DNA of 63,455 nt, filler included, from Licmophora abbreviata (lineage: Eukaryota): assembly GCA_900291995.1 (NCBI GenBank). It is 24 parts of 24 records of this genome, joined end to end, with 100 filler letters (N's around TTAATTAATTAA, not from the genome) between each part and the next. Parts side by side here need not be neighbours in the genome. Positions count along the whole stretch, not along the records: positions 28,969 to 35,076 come from OLMU01002750.1; positions 35,177 to 39,396 come from OLMU01002751.1; positions 39,497 to 41,185 come from OLMU01002752.1; positions 41,286 to 42,296 come from OLMU01002754.1; positions 42,397 to 43,850 come from OLMU01002755.1; positions 43,951 to 47,519 come from OLMU01002757.1; 18 more parts are not named here. One strand, written 5' to 3'. Below, in pieces: positions 32,960-44,956 of this stretch (position 1 is its first letter; every line of letters begins with the position of its first letter). Both the position numbers and the translations under genes were made by a program. The notes under the pieces were generated by a model. That model was given only the letters and a program-made list of their open reading frames with translations, did not search any database and was not told the origin of the DNA.

Positions 32960-35900
32960 TTATTCCGCCGCCTGTTCCAGCGGCGTCCCTCCCGCGCGGA
33001 TCGCCGCCAGAAGCGCCTCCCGCTCTTTGGCCGCGCGCGCCTCGTTGGCCTGTTTGACCGGACCGAAGCCTTTGATCTTCAACGGCAATTCGGCAAGTGC
33101 CACGATCGCGTCGCGGGTCTTGTCGGTCAATTTGGGCAGCACCTCGCCAAGGTCGCGCTCATATTGCCGGATCAACGCCCGCTCCATCTTGCGCTCGGCG
33201 GTGTAGCCGAACGGGTCCGCCGGCGTCCCGCGCAGCCATTTCAACCCCGCCAGCACCCGCATCGGCCGTTCCATCCACGCACCGAATTCGCGTTTCTGCG
33301 GACGCCCATCCGGACCCTTGCGCGCCAGAAGAGGCGGCGCCAAGTGGAACGTCATCTCGAAATCGCCGTCGAACTCGGCCCTAGCCTTCTCACGCGTGTC
33401 CAGCAACAGCCGGGCAACCTCGTATTCATCCTTGTAAGCCAATAGCTTATGGTAGCCCTTCGCCACCGCCTCGCGCAGCCGCGCATCCTCGATCCCGTCC
33501 AGCAGACGCAGGTACCGCTTGGCCAGCCGCTTGCCCTGATAGGCCGTCAGATGATCCGCGCGATAGGCGATCTCGTCCTCCAGACTGCGGGGCAGCTTGA
33601 CCACGTTCGGCGTGATCTGCCGCGCGGCCTCTTCGGGATGCACCGCGGCCCACCGCCCGATCCGGAAGGCGCGTTGGTTTTGCTCCACCGCCGCACCGTT
33701 CAGCGCGATCGCCTCCAGAATGGCCTGCTCGCCCACAGGGATCAGCCCGCGTTGCCACGCCGCGCCGAAAACGATCATGTTGGAAAAGATCGAGTCGCCC
33801 ATCGTCACCCGCGCCAACTCATGCGCATCCATAAGCTGCAGTGCCTCCTGCAACCGCGATTGCAACGCGAGCGTCAACCGCTCCGAAGGCAGCCGAAACT
33901 CGGTATCGCGCGTGAAATCTCCGGTCATCACCTCATGGCTGTTGACCACAGCACCCGTGCGCCCCTGCCGCATCAAGCCAAGCGTCTTCGCCCCCGCCGA
34001 TACGACAAGATCGCCGCCGATCACCGCGTCCGCCTCGCCGGTGGCTACGCGTATCGCATTGATATCGATTGGTTTTTCGGCAATACGGCAATGGATATGC
34101 ACGGCGCCGCCCTTCTGGGCAAGCCCCGCCATCTCCATCATGCTGGCCCCTTTGCCATCCAGATGCGCCGCCTGCGCCAGCACCGCGCCAATGGTCACAA
34201 CGCCCGTCCCGCCCACGCCGGTGATGACGACGTTATGCGTGCCCCGGATCTCCGGCAGCACCGGATCGGGCAGATCCGGCAAGTCCAGATCGCTCGCCGC
34301 TTCCTTGCGGATCGTGGCACCCTCCAGCGTCACGAAGGACGGGCAGAACCCCTTGAGACAGCTGAAATCCTTGTTGCAGGCCGACTGATCAATCGCGCGC
34401 TTGCGCCCCAAGGCCGTGTCCACCGGAGTGATCGCCACGCAATTCGACTGCACCCCGCAATCGCCGCAGCCCTCGCAGACATCGGTATTGATGAACACCC
34501 GCTTGTCCGGGTCCGGGAACGTGCCCCGCTTGCGGCGACGCCGCTTTTCGGCGGCGCAGGTCTGTACATAAACAATGGCCGACACACCGCTGATTTCACG
34601 GAATTTTTCTTGAACCTCCGGCAGTTCAGCCCGCTCGTGCCAGCCGATATCCTTGGGAAAGCGAGCGCGCTCCGGCTCTTCCTTGGCATCATAGACGACC
34701 GCGATCTCGCGCACCCCCATCGCCCGCAATTCGCGTACGATCCGGTCCGGCGTCAGCCCGCCCTCATTGCCCTGACCTCCGGTCATCGCCACGGCATCGT
34801 TGTACAGGATCTTGTAGGTCATCGTGGCCCCCGCCGCCACCGCGGCCCGGATCGCCAGGATCCCCGAATGGTTATAGGTGCCATCCCCGATATTCTGGAA
34901 CACATGGCCGCGCTCCGAGAACGGCGCCTCGCCGATCCAGTTGGCGCCCTCACCGCCCACTATGCGTGAAGCCGCTCGTCTCACGATCCATCCACAAGGC
35001 CATGATATGACAGCCGATTCCGGCATAGGCACGGCTGCCCTCTGGCATTTTGGTCGATGTGTTATGCGGGCATCCANNNNNNNNNNNNNNNNNNNNNNNN
35101 NNNNNNNNNNNNNNNNNNNNTTAATTAATTAANNNNNNNNNNNNNNNNNNNNNNNNNNNNNNNNNNNNNNNNNNNNCGCGATATCCTCGGCATTGTCGGC
35201 CTTGCGCGCCTCGGCGATCTCGGCCAGCCCCGCGCGGACACGGTCGGTGCCGCGCCCCTCTTCGATCAAGACGCCGCCGATCTTCTCGGCGATCATCACC
35301 GGATCGAGCGCCATGCGCGTCGGAAACAGCTCCTCGGTATGCAGACTGCCCGCACCGCCCTTGTACCAGCCATAGACCCGTCTGCCGCGCCGGTCGTCGA
35401 AGATCGCCTCCTTGATCTGGATCTCGATCAGCTTGCGTTTCTCCTCGACCACCACGATCAGCTCCAGCCCCTCGGCCCAGTCGTGAAAGCCCTTCATGTC
35501 CATCGGAAACGTCTGCCCCACCTTGTAGGTGGTCAGGCCCAGCCGATCCGCCTCGGTGGCGTCGATCCCCAGAAGGTCCAGCGCGTGCACCAGATCGAGC
35601 CAATTCTTGCCCGCCGCGACAAACCCGATCTTCGCCCCCGGCTTGCCCCAAACCCGCTTGTCAATTTTATTAGCGTTTGCAAAGGCTTCTGCGGCGAACC
35701 TCTTGTGATCTATCACCCGCGCTTCCTGCGGGATCCAGTGATCGTTGAGCCGGATGTTCAACCCGCCTTCGGGCATGTCGAATTCGGGCGTCACAAACTG
35801 CATCCGGTCGGGCCGGCCATCGACCACGCTGGTCACCTCGACGGTGTCCTTCATCGTCTTGAGCCCGCACCACACCCCAGCGAACCGGCTGAGCGCAAAG

Positions 35901-36457
35901 CCGTAAAGCCCGTAATCCAAGATTTCCTGCACCCCTGCGGGCGACAGGACGGGCATATAGGCGTCCACCATAGCCCAGTCCGACTGGTGACACACGGTCG
36001 AGGATTCTCCGGTATGGTCATCCCCCATCGCCATCAGGACGCCGCCATGCCGCGAACTACCCGCCATATTGGCATGGCGCATCACGTCGCCCGACCGGTC
36101 CACCCCCGGTCCCTTGCCGTACCACAGCCCGAAAACGCCGTCATACTTGCCCTCGCCGCGCAATTCGGCCTGCTGGGTGCCCCAAAGCGCCGTGGCCGCC
36201 AGATCCTCGTTCAGACCCGGCTGAAACAGGATCCCCGCCTCTTTCAAGGGGCGCTCGGCACGCATCATCTGCATATCCACCGCCCCAAGCGGCGAGCCCC
36301 GATAGCCGGTCACATAGCCTGCCGTATTCAACCCCGCCGCACGGTCTCGCGCGGCCTGCATCAACATCAGCCGAACGAGCGCTTGTGTGCCATTCAGCAG
36401 CACAGATGACTTTGTGAGGTCAAATCGGTCATTCAGGGATACTTTTTGAGTGCTCAT
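32960..36457 (-). CDS. Indolepyruvate ferredoxin oxidoreductase family (fused alpha/beta); gap and 1-bp frameshift near 34961
   Basis: GYRGSPLG, GDGTYNHSG, CEGCGDC, GVGGTGVVT, GLAQKGG. Confidence 0.92.
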
Positions 36458-36631
36458 CGCGCGTTCCCCTTTCGGTGCCATGCACCACGCTTATATCATA
36501 GATCGACAATAGGTCACAAATAGTGACCTACAAAGCGGAATTTCATCGTTTTTCCACGGAACCGCCGTGGTCATGTGATGATTTTCTGCTATTTCGGGGC
36601 GCGGGTGGTTTTTAAAATGAAAGTTGCTGTC

Positions 36632-37537
36632 ATGGACTGGGACAAGCTAAGAATATTTCACGCTGTCGCGGATGCAGGCAGCCTCACCCATGCCGGCGAT
36701 CACCTGCACCTGTCCCAATCAGCCGTCTCGCGACAGGTGCGCGCACTTGAGGAATCGCTCAACACCACGCTGTTTCACCGCCATGCGCGGGGACTGATTC
36801 TCACCGAACAGGGCGAATTGCTGTTCGATGCGACCCGCGCGATGCTCAAGCGTCTCGATGCCGCCACCGCCCGGATCCGCGACAGCGAGGAAGAGGTGTT
36901 CGGCGAATTGCGCGTCACCACCACGATCGGCTTCGGCACCCTGTGGCTCGCCCCGCGCCTGCCCCAGCTTTATGCGAAATATCCCGATCTCAAGATCGAC
37001 CTGATGCTGGAAGAACGCGTGCTCGACCTGCCCATGCGCGAGGCCGATGTCGCCATCCGCATGAAAGAACCCAGCCAGGCCGATCTGATCCGCAAACGGC
37101 TTATGAGCGTGCATATGTGCCTCTTTGCCTCGACCAGCTATCTCGAAAGCCGTGGCACACCGGCCAGCCCCGACGATCTCAAGCATCATCGCCTGATCTG
37201 CCAGAACCCGCGCTCGGCGCAGGTCGGGGCCGGTGCGACGCTGGTCAATGAGTTGATGACCCATGATGTGCCGTCGCTGTTGACCGTAAACAACTACTTC
37301 GGCGTGCTGCAGGGCGTTCTGCACAATCTCGGCATCGGTGTGCTGCCGGATTACTTGACGCATGATTTCCCCGATCTCGTGCGCGTCCTACCGGATGTGC
37401 ATTCCGTCGAAGTTCCGGTTTTCCTCGCCTATCCCGAGGAATTGCGCCACTCCAAGCGCATCGCCGCGTTCCGTGAATTCGTTCAGGAAGAAATCATCGC
37501 CTACAGAAAAAAGATAAGAGAACAGGCGGTTAGCTGA
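36632..37537 (+). CDS. LysR family transcriptional regulator
   Basis: MDWDKLRIFHAVADAGSLTHA...LSQSAVSRQ HTH. Confidence 0.95.
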   Translation: MDWDKLRIFHAVADAGSLTHAGDHLHLSQSAVSRQVRALEESLNTTLFHRHARGLILTEQGELLFDATRAMLKRLDAATARIRDSEEEVFGELRVTTTIGFGTLWLAPRLPQLYAKYPDLKIDLMLEERVLDLPMREADVAIRMKEPSQADLIRKRLMSVHMCLFASTSYLESRGTPASPDDLKHHRLICQNPRSAQVGAGATLVNELMTHDVPSLLTVNNYFGVLQGVLHNLGIGVLPDYLTHDFPDLVRVLPDVHSVEVPVFLAYPEELRHSKRIAAFREFVQEEIIAYRKKIREQAVS

Positions 37538-37610
37538 AAATTCAGACACATTGTGTCTGCGCTATGCATTCAGCGCATGGCGGGCATGCTGCACCTGCGG
37601 CATTATTTTT

Positions 37611-37639
37611 CTTGAATGGTCTAAAAACAGCCCCTATCT
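37611..37639 (+). promoter_or_regulatory. RpoH-type promoter of the sRNA
   Basis: CTTG-N18-CCTATCT. Confidence 0.7.
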
Positions 37640-37645
37640 CCCGGT

Positions 37646-37724
37646 CGTGACGGTGGCGGCTTCGCGCCCCACCATCATACCTCCCTGTTGGACTTCGGCC
37701 GAGCTTAGTGCTCGGCCTTTTTTT
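37646..37724 (+). ncRNA. suhB/alpha-r8-like small RNA, probable SorY homologue
   Basis: 5' hairpin, ACCTCCCTG anti-SD segment, GGCCGAGC-TTAGT-GCTCGGCC-T7 terminator; downstream of lysR. Confidence 0.7.
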
Positions 37725-37801
37725 GGGCAAACGCGCCCTGATGACGTCAGGCCTTTGCCCGCCGCCTCTTTTGCAGGCAGTCCGCCTATTTCAACGGCGG
37801 C

Positions 37802-38932
37802 TCAGATCACGCGCAAATCTGGCCCGGAAAGCGACGACAGCGCGCGTGGCGCGCCATCGGTGATGACGATATTTTCCTCATGCACCATGATCCGGCCCGG
37901 CGCCGTCTCGATCCCCGGCTCGAGCGTGATCACCATGCCCGCGCGCAACTCGGTATGATCGCGGGCGGTCAGCGACAGCCCTTCGGTCAGCTGCAGGCCC
38001 AACCCATGCCCAAGTCTCCCCGCCCCCTCGCCACCGCCGACGATATCCGCCATCGCGCGCCAGACATCGCTGGCCCTTGCGCCGGGGCGCGCAGCCTCGA
38101 GCCCTGCTTGGGTCGCCTCGATCAACCGGGCATGGGCCGCGCGTTGTCCGTCATTGGCCCTGCCGATCGCGAAATTCCGGTCATAGTCGCAGAAATACCC
38201 GTCGCGCACGGCGCCAGTATCCAGCATCAGCACATCGCCGACCGCCAGCGGCGCATCCGTCGCGGGCGAGATGACATCGCCATAACCCTCCGGCCCGGCG
38301 CCTCCCGCAAGGTAAGGCACCCAATCCGCGCCTTCCTCCAGCAGCACGCGCTGAAAATCGCGAAACACCTGCGACAGCGGCACATCGGGGGCGGCGATCT
38401 CGCCCACCCGGTCAAAGGCCCGCTCGGCAATCGCGCAAATATCCGCGATCTTGCCAATCTCGGCCTCGGACTTGATTGCGCGGCAGCCCGCCACAATCCG
38501 CCGATCATCGGTGAACGGCTGGCGCGACGCCGCCTTGACCCGCTCGAAATCCGCAAGCGGCATCCGCAGATGCGTTTCCAGATGCGAGGGCACGCCCACC
38601 GGCCCGCCGATCTCGCGCAGCGCATCCGCCAAAAGGCTCACCCCGTCATCCACCGGGTCCGGCGCTGACCATGTGCGTATATCCTTGATCCATGTGCCTG
38701 CCATCAGTGCAGCCCCGATCGACGGGATCACCGCCACCGGATCGCCCGCCGCCGGCAGCACCACGAACCACGGTCGGCTCGGGCTTTCCCAGAACCGTGT
38801 CAGAAAACCAGTGAAATACCGCACATCCGGCTCGGTCGTCAGCAGGATCGCGCCCAGACCTTCGGCCTGCATCCCGGCCTGAGCACGGGCGAGCCGGGCC
38901 TTGTATTCGCCCGCATCAAAGCCGCGGCTCAT
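37802..38932 (-). CDS. M24 (Xaa-Pro peptidase/creatinase-like) family protein
   Basis: LDTGAVRDGYFCD, GHGLG, TLEPG, HEENIVIT. Confidence 0.88.
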   Translation of the reverse strand: MSRGFDAGEYKARLARAQAGMQAEGLGAILLTTEPDVRYFTGFLTRFWESPSRPWFVVLPAAGDPVAVIPSIGAALMAGTWIKDIRTWSAPDPVDDGVSLLADALREIGGPVGVPSHLETHLRMPLADFERVKAASRQPFTDDRRIVAGCRAIKSEAEIGKIADICAIAERAFDRVGEIAAPDVPLSQVFRDFQRVLLEEGADWVPYLAGGAGPEGYGDVISPATDAPLAVGDVLMLDTGAVRDGYFCDYDRNFAIGRANDGQRAAHARLIEATQAGLEAARPGARASDVWRAMADIVGGGEGAGRLGHGLGLQLTEGLSLTARDHTELRAGMVITLEPGIETAPGRIMVHEENIVITDGAPRALSSLSGPDLRVI

Positions 38933-40037
38933 GTTTCGGCCTCTTCGCTGAGGATGCACAAGGCCCGCGCGTCCGCCCCCAGCCCCATCAGCCGCATCGC
39001 CGCCACGCCTGCCGCGCCGGAACTGGTGGTGGCAAGTCCACGCCCGGCCAGATCGGGCAAGACCGCCTCGGCCTCGGCATCCGAAATCGTCACGAACAGA
39101 TCGGCATCCCGCGCCAAGCCCTTGAGCGCGATCAGCGAGGGCGCCTTGCAATCAAGCCGCCCCATGCAGGACACCGGTCCTTGCGTGGTGACCGGGCGCC
39201 CCGCCTCGATCGACGCGATCAGGGCCGGCGCGGCCTCGGGTTCCACCACAACGATGCACGGCCCCTGCCCCCAGGCCTCGCGGAACAGCGCGGCGCATGC
39301 CCCCGCCAGCCCGCCGACACCGGCCTGCAGGAAGATATGCGTGGGCGCCTGCGGCATGTGCCGGACCGTCTCGGCGGCCATCGCCAGATACCCCTCNNNN
39401 NNNNNNNNNNNNNNNNNNNNNNNNNNNNNNNNNNNNNNNNTTAATTAATTAANNNNNNNNNNNNNNNNNNNNNNNNNNNNNNNNNNNNNNNNNNNNAATA
39501 CCCCGGCCACGAGCTGTCGGACAAAAGCGTCCAGCCATGATCCTGCGCCGCCTGCGCGGCGGCATCCATGCTGGCCTCGTAATCCTCAACCGCGCGCACC
39601 ACCTCGGCCCCCTTGGCGCGCAGCCTATCGGCAAAGCCCTCAGGCACGGTCCGTGCCAGATAGACCACGGCGCGCGCGCCGAAAACATGCGCCCCCGCCG
39701 CGACCGAAAGCCCGTGATTGCCCGCACTCGCCGTAACATAGGTGCGCCCCGCGAGCGCCTGCGCCATCGGCGCCTTGCCCGTGGCAGCCGCCTCATGCGC
39801 GATGACATACGCCGCGCCTAGCGCCTTGAAGCTACCCAGTCCCATGCGCCCGCGTTCATCCTTGATCCACAGAGGGGCGCCGAAGCCCTCGACCTCGACC
39901 AGTGGCGTTTCCGCCGCCGCCGGACATTGCCGCAACAACGCCTCGGGCGCGGCAGCATGCGTGCTGGGCCAAGGGGCCTCTCCCAGCACATCCTTCGGCA
40001 GGCCCACACCCCGCCACGGGTTTTCCAAACTCTGCAT
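38929..40037 (-). CDS. PLP-dependent diaminopropionate ammonia-lyase-like enzyme, split by gap
   Basis: KDERGRMGLGSFKALG, ASAGNHG, FLQAGVGGLA. Confidence 0.82.
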
Positions 40038-40179
40038 GATCTCTCCGCTCTGTTTGCGCCATCCGAACGCCAAACCGGCCCCGGGGTCAAGCCGGCAGCC
40101 CCGACAGCGCCCCCTTCCCCCGGGCCACGCCATGCACTAAAGAGGCCGCAACCGGACCACCCAGGGGGATTCCATTCAG

Positions 40180-41857
40180 ATGCAGGACCCGGCAATCACG
40201 CCCGAACTGATCGAGGCCCATGGCCTCAAGCCCGACGAATATCAGCGCATCCTCGATATCATCGGCCGCGAACCCACCTTTACCGAGTTGGGCATCTTCA
40301 GCGCCATGTGGAACGAGCATTGCTCTTACAAGTCCTCCAAGAAATGGCTGCGCACCCTGCCAACCACCGGGCCACAGGTGATCTGCGGGCCGGGCGAGAA
40401 CGCGGGCGTTGTCGATATCGGCGACGGACAAGCGGTCATCTTCAAGATGGAAAGCCACAACCACCCCTCGTATATCGAGCCCTATCAGGGGGCCGCGACC
40501 GGTGTGGGCGGTATTCTGCGCGATGTCTTCACCATGGGCGCGCGCCCCATCGCCTCGATGAACGCGCTCAGCTTCGGTGAACCGTCGCACCCCAAGACCC
40601 GTCAGCTTGTGCATGGCGTGGTGGCCGGGGTCGGCGGCTATGGCAACTGCTTCGGCGTGCCTTGCGCAGGCGGCGAGGTGCGGTTCGATCCGGCCTATAA
40701 CGGCAACTGCCTTGTAAACGCCTTTGCCGCCGGTCTCGCCGATGCCGACAAGATCTTCTATTCTGCCGCTTCGGGCGTCGGGATGCCGGTGGTCTATCTG
40801 GGCGCCAAGACGGGCCGCGACGGTGTCGGCGGCGCCACCATGGCCAGCGCCGAATTCGACGAGTCGATCGAGGAAAAGCGCCCCACCGTGCAAGTGGGCG
40901 ATCCCTTTACCGAAAAGCGCCTGATGGAGGCCACGCTCGAGTTGATGGCCACGGGCGCCGTGATCTCGATTCAGGACATGGGGGCCGCGGGCCTGACCTG
41001 CTCGGCGGTCGAAATGGGCGACAAGGGCGATCTGGGCGTCCGGCTCAACCTCGAACAGGTGCCCTGCCGCGAAACCGGCATGACCGCCTACGAAATGATG
41101 CTTTCGGAATCCCAGGAACGGATGCTGATGGTCTTGCGCCCCGAGAAAGAGGCCGAGGCCAAGGCCGTCTTCGACAAATGGGATCNNNNNNNNNNNNNNN
41201 NNNNNNNNNNNNNNNNNNNNNNNNNNNNNTTAATTAATTAANNNNNNNNNNNNNNNNNNNNNNNNNNNNNNNNNNNNNNNNNNNNATAATGAAACCGACG
41301 GCAAGGCGATCCTGCCCACGCCCACCATCGGCGCCGTGGGCCTGATCCGCGACCCCGAAACCGCCATCATCGGCGAGGTGCGTGACGGCCATGTTGCGCT
41401 CGTTCTGGGCGAAACCGCCGGGCATCTGGGCCAATCCGCGCTGCTCGCCGAAATCTACAACCGGATCGAAGGCGACGCCCCGCCCGTCGATCTGGACGCC
41501 GAGAAGCGCCACGGTGATTTCATCCGCGCCAATCACGCGCTGATCCGCGCCTGCACCGATCTGTCCGATGGCGGCCTTGCCATGGCCGCGTTCGAGCTGG
41601 CCGAGGCGGCGGGCGTCGGCGTGCAGCTTGACAGTGACGACACCCCCACGCTCTTTGGCGAGGATCAGGCGCGCTACCTGATCGCCTGCAATTTCGATCA
41701 GGCCGAGGCGCTGATGATCGAAGCGGGCCGCGCAGGCGTCACGCTGCAAAGCGTTGGCCGCTTCACCGGCGACACGGTGCGCTTCGGATCGTCCGAGGCA
41801 CCGCTGTCGGACCTGTCGCAGACCTACCGGTCGACTTTTGGGGCCATCTTCGGCTAA
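40180..41857 (+). CDS. purL: Phosphoribosylformylglycinamidine synthase subunit PurL, split by gap
   Basis: [25 protein letters not shown]. Confidence 0.96.
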
Positions 41858-42015
41858 CCTCCCGCTCCGCCGGTCAATCGCACCGGCGGGGCGCGCACCA
41901 TTGTCCTGAAAATCACCGCCACAGCGGGACTTGCGCGCCCTCCCCCCGCCACTGCTATTGCAGAGGGCGCAACCGCGTTCTAAGTCTTTATCACAGGATT
42001 TACAGGAGACGCCCT

Positions 42016-42258
42016 ATGCCAATGCAGCCTCAGGAGATCGAAGACCTGATCCGCACCGGATTTCCCGACGCCCAGATCACCATCACCGATCTGGCAGGCG
42101 ACGGGAACCACTACGCCGCCGAAGTGATCGACGCCGCGTTCAAGGGGATGAACCGCGTGCAGCAGCAGCGCGCCGTCTATGCCACGCTCAAGGGCAAGAT
42201 GGACGGCTCGCATGGCGAATTGCACGCGCTGGCCCTGACGACGAAGGCGCCAGACTGA
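42016..42258 (+). CDS. bolA: BolA/IbaG family protein
   Basis: GDGNHY...RVQQQRAVY...LHALALTT. Confidence 0.9.
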   Translation: MPMQPQEIEDLIRTGFPDAQITITDLAGDGNHYAAEVIDAAFKGMNRVQQQRAVYATLKGKMDGSHGELHALALTTKAPD

Positions 42259-42396
42259 CCGAATGGATCTCGGGGTCATCAGCTTGGGCCTTGTCGNNNN
42301 NNNNNNNNNNNNNNNNNNNNNNNNNNNNNNNNNNNNNNNNTTAATTAATTAANNNNNNNNNNNNNNNNNNNNNNNNNNNNNNNNNNNNNNNNNNNN

Positions 42397-42589
42397 CACG
42401 GGAGACCATGTGATCGACATTTCGTACAATTCGGGCGGTCCGGGCGGCGGGCATCAGGGCGAGCTCCGGGTGCCCCGCGATCCTCAGGAATATGCCCGCA
42501 GGTTCGTGCCCCAAAGCGCATGGCGCCGCGATGCGGAATCCGACACGGTGCCGCCCCGCGCTCCCAGCAAACCAAAGACAGGGGCCTGA
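42397..42589 (+). CDS. Hypothetical protein, C-terminal fragment
   Basis: Frame reading ISYNSGGPGGGHQGELRVPRDPQEYARRFVP...KTGA*; 5' end in gap. Confidence 0.4.
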
Positions 42590-42625
42590 TCCAGGCCCCG
42601 GCCACCCCACCGAAAGAGAGGCGCC

Positions 42626-42892
42626 TTGCAAGCCGCCGAAACGCCCCAAACCTTTCCCATCGATCTCGCCAAGGCGCAGGATCTTGCTGCACATCCGCTC
42701 GCTCTGCTGCTCCTGACGCCCTTCATCTTGATCTTTCTGTGGGCCGCATGGCTGGAAATCCGCCGCTGGTGGCTTTATGGTCCCTCCCGAAACAAACGCG
42801 CAGACTTTCCGATCGACGAATCCGCACCCAGCTACGAAGATCCCTCATCAGACAGCAAACCCTCCGGCGCCGCCGGACCAGGACGAAAGTAG
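42626..42892 (+). CDS. Small single-TM hypothetical protein
   Basis: Hydrophobic segment [19 protein letters not shown]; abuts grxD. Confidence 0.5.
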   Translation: MQAAETPQTFPIDLAKAQDLAAHPLALLLLTPFILIFLWAAWLEIRRWWLYGPSRNKRADFPIDESAPSYEDPSSDSKPSGAAGPGRK

Positions 42893-42902
42893 AAGGCGAC
42901 AG

Positions 42903-43265
42903 ATGACCGACGCAAAAAACCAGATCGAAGAAACCGTAAAGGCGAATGACGTCGTGCTCTATATGAAGGGCACAAAGGACATGCCGCAATGTGGCTTCTC
43001 CAGCCGCGTGGCCGGGGTTCTCAACTACATGGGCGTTGACTTCAAGGACGTGAACGTTCTCGCCGACGAGACGGTCCGCCAGGGCATCAAGGATTATTCC
43101 GACTGGCCCACCATCCCTCAGCTCTACATCAAGGGCGAGTTCGTGGGCGGCTGCGACATCATCACCGAGATGACCCTCTCGGGAGAGCTGGACCAGATGT
43201 TCGATCAGCACGGCGTATCCTATGACAAGGACGCCGCCGACAAGATCCGCGAAGCCAACGGCTGA
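42903..43265 (+). CDS. grxD: Monothiol glutaredoxin Grx4
   Basis: PQCGFS, WPTIPQL, GGCDI. Confidence 0.96.
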   Translation: MTDAKNQIEETVKANDVVLYMKGTKDMPQCGFSSRVAGVLNYMGVDFKDVNVLADETVRQGIKDYSDWPTIPQLYIKGEFVGGCDIITEMTLSGELDQMFDQHGVSYDKDAADKIREANG

Positions 43266-43328
43266 CACTTCGGCCCGGTCGCATCCCATGCGGCCGGGCC
43301 TTCTCGCCGCAAGTGCGCGCGCGGGCCC

Positions 43329-43850
43329 TCACATCGGCCACAGGATCGCCCCCATGCCGAGCCCCAGCATGGCCCCGCGCATCCAGATCTCTTTGCGCCG
43401 CACCAGTGCCCAACTCACCAACCCCAGACCGATCCCGATCTTCAGCGCCGCCAGCCCTGCCGCCACCGGCGTCTCGGCCAGCCCGATCAGCGCCGGATTC
43501 GCCACCATCCCAAGCGGGATCAGATACAGCCCCACACCAAGCGCCATCGCCGTCAGCGCGACCCGTAGCCAGTTTTCGCCAATCATCCCCGACGCGATGA
43601 ACACCGCGCCGCAAACCGGCGGCGTGATCGTCGACAAAAGCGCATACCAGAACACGAACAGATGCGCCTGCAGCGGATCCATCCCCAGCTCGATCAGCGC
43701 AGGCCCCGTCACCGACACGCAGATCACATAGGCCGCCGTCGTGGGCACCTCCATCCCCAGCACAAGACAGGCGAACGCCGTCAGCAGCAGGGACGGCCAT
43801 AGCATCCCCCCCGAGGCCGACAGGATCAGCGACGTGATCTTGACCCCAAG
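43329..43850 (-). CDS. TRAP transporter fused 4TM/12TM permease, C-terminal fragment
   Basis: LGMEVPTTAAY, AHLFVFWY...ITPPV. Confidence 0.88.
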   Translation of the reverse strand, partial: LGVKITSLILSASGGMLWPSLLLTAFACLVLGMEVPTTAAYVICVSVTGPALIELGMDPLQAHLFVFWYALLSTITPPVCGAVFIASGMIGENWLRVALTAMALGVGLYLIPLGMVANPALIGLAETPVAAGLAALKIGIGLGLVSWALVRRKEIWMRGAMLGLGMGAILWPM

Positions 43851-43950
43851 NNNNNNNNNNNNNNNNNNNNNNNNNNNNNNNNNNNNNNNNNNNNTTAATT
43901 AATTAANNNNNNNNNNNNNNNNNNNNNNNNNNNNNNNNNNNNNNNNNNNN

Positions 43951-44873
43951 GCCTCCTCGTAATAGCGCACCGCGCCGGGGTGGATCTTGCCGGTGATGTT
44001 CTCCATCAGCCCGGTATCGACGCCATTCCACCACGGTGCGGATTGCGCCATCTTGTCCTTGTTTTCCCAGAAGGTCCGCGTCAGCTGATAGGCGGTCTCG
44101 TCATCCATCTTGGTGGTGGTGAAAGCCACCACCGGCAGCGATGTCGTGGTGATATCGGCCTCCTGCCCCGCATAGGTGCCCGCCGGGATCACCAGCTTGG
44201 CGCGCTTGGTCTGCGCGATCTGCTCATCGCTGAGCGACAGCACCCTCACCCCGGTCGAGGCCGCGGCCTCCACCACATTGGGCGCAGGCCATGATCCCGC
44301 CGTGACAAAGCCGTCGATCTGACCATTCTTCAGCGCAGGCACCGCATTGCCGATCTCGACATCCGCGATCTCGACCTGATCCTTCAGCCCGAAGAGGTCG
44401 AGATATTTCTCGCCCTCCGTCGCCCCGAAACTGCCCTTGCCCAGCAGGATCGTCTTGCCCGCCAGATCCTCGAAACCTTGGGCGCCGCTCTCTTCGGACA
44501 TCACGAAATGCATGGTCAGCGACGGAATCGGAAACAGCGCGCGGATCTCGTCGAAGGCCGGATCGCCCTTGCCCTCGAACATCGCCTTTCCGCCCTGGGC
44601 CAGACTGACCAGCGATGGCGGCGTGGTAAAGACGTAATCCGCGCCGCGCGCACGCACTTCCATGACGTTCTGAACCGAACCCTGGCTTTCCTCGATGGTG
44701 ACACTGATCTCGCCATTCGAGGCGGTCTGCATGGCCTCGGCGATCTGCACGGCCATCTGGTAATAGGACGATGTGGACTTCGCCGACTTGTAGGTGACGC
44801 GGGTCTCGGCCTGCGCCGGCAATGCGGCCACGGCAGCCAGCATCGCGGCGGCGGTCATCATGCGGAATGTCAT
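43951..44873 (-). CDS. TAXI family TRAP solute-binding protein, 3' end in gap
   Basis: Signal peptide; SQGSVQNV, IHPGAVRYY. Confidence 0.9.
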
Positions 44874-44956
44874 CTGGAATCCTCCCCTTGATCCAGCCCG
44901 CATGAAAGACGCGATCAACCGGATGGTCAATCGCTTCCTCACCTCTGTCGCGGCGC

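Noticed and set aside
34955..34966. 1-bp insertion frameshift in the indolepyruvate oxidoreductase (GFTH/MGGEG)
   Set aside because: About 110 bp from a contig end with conserved residues on both sides; likely sequencing error
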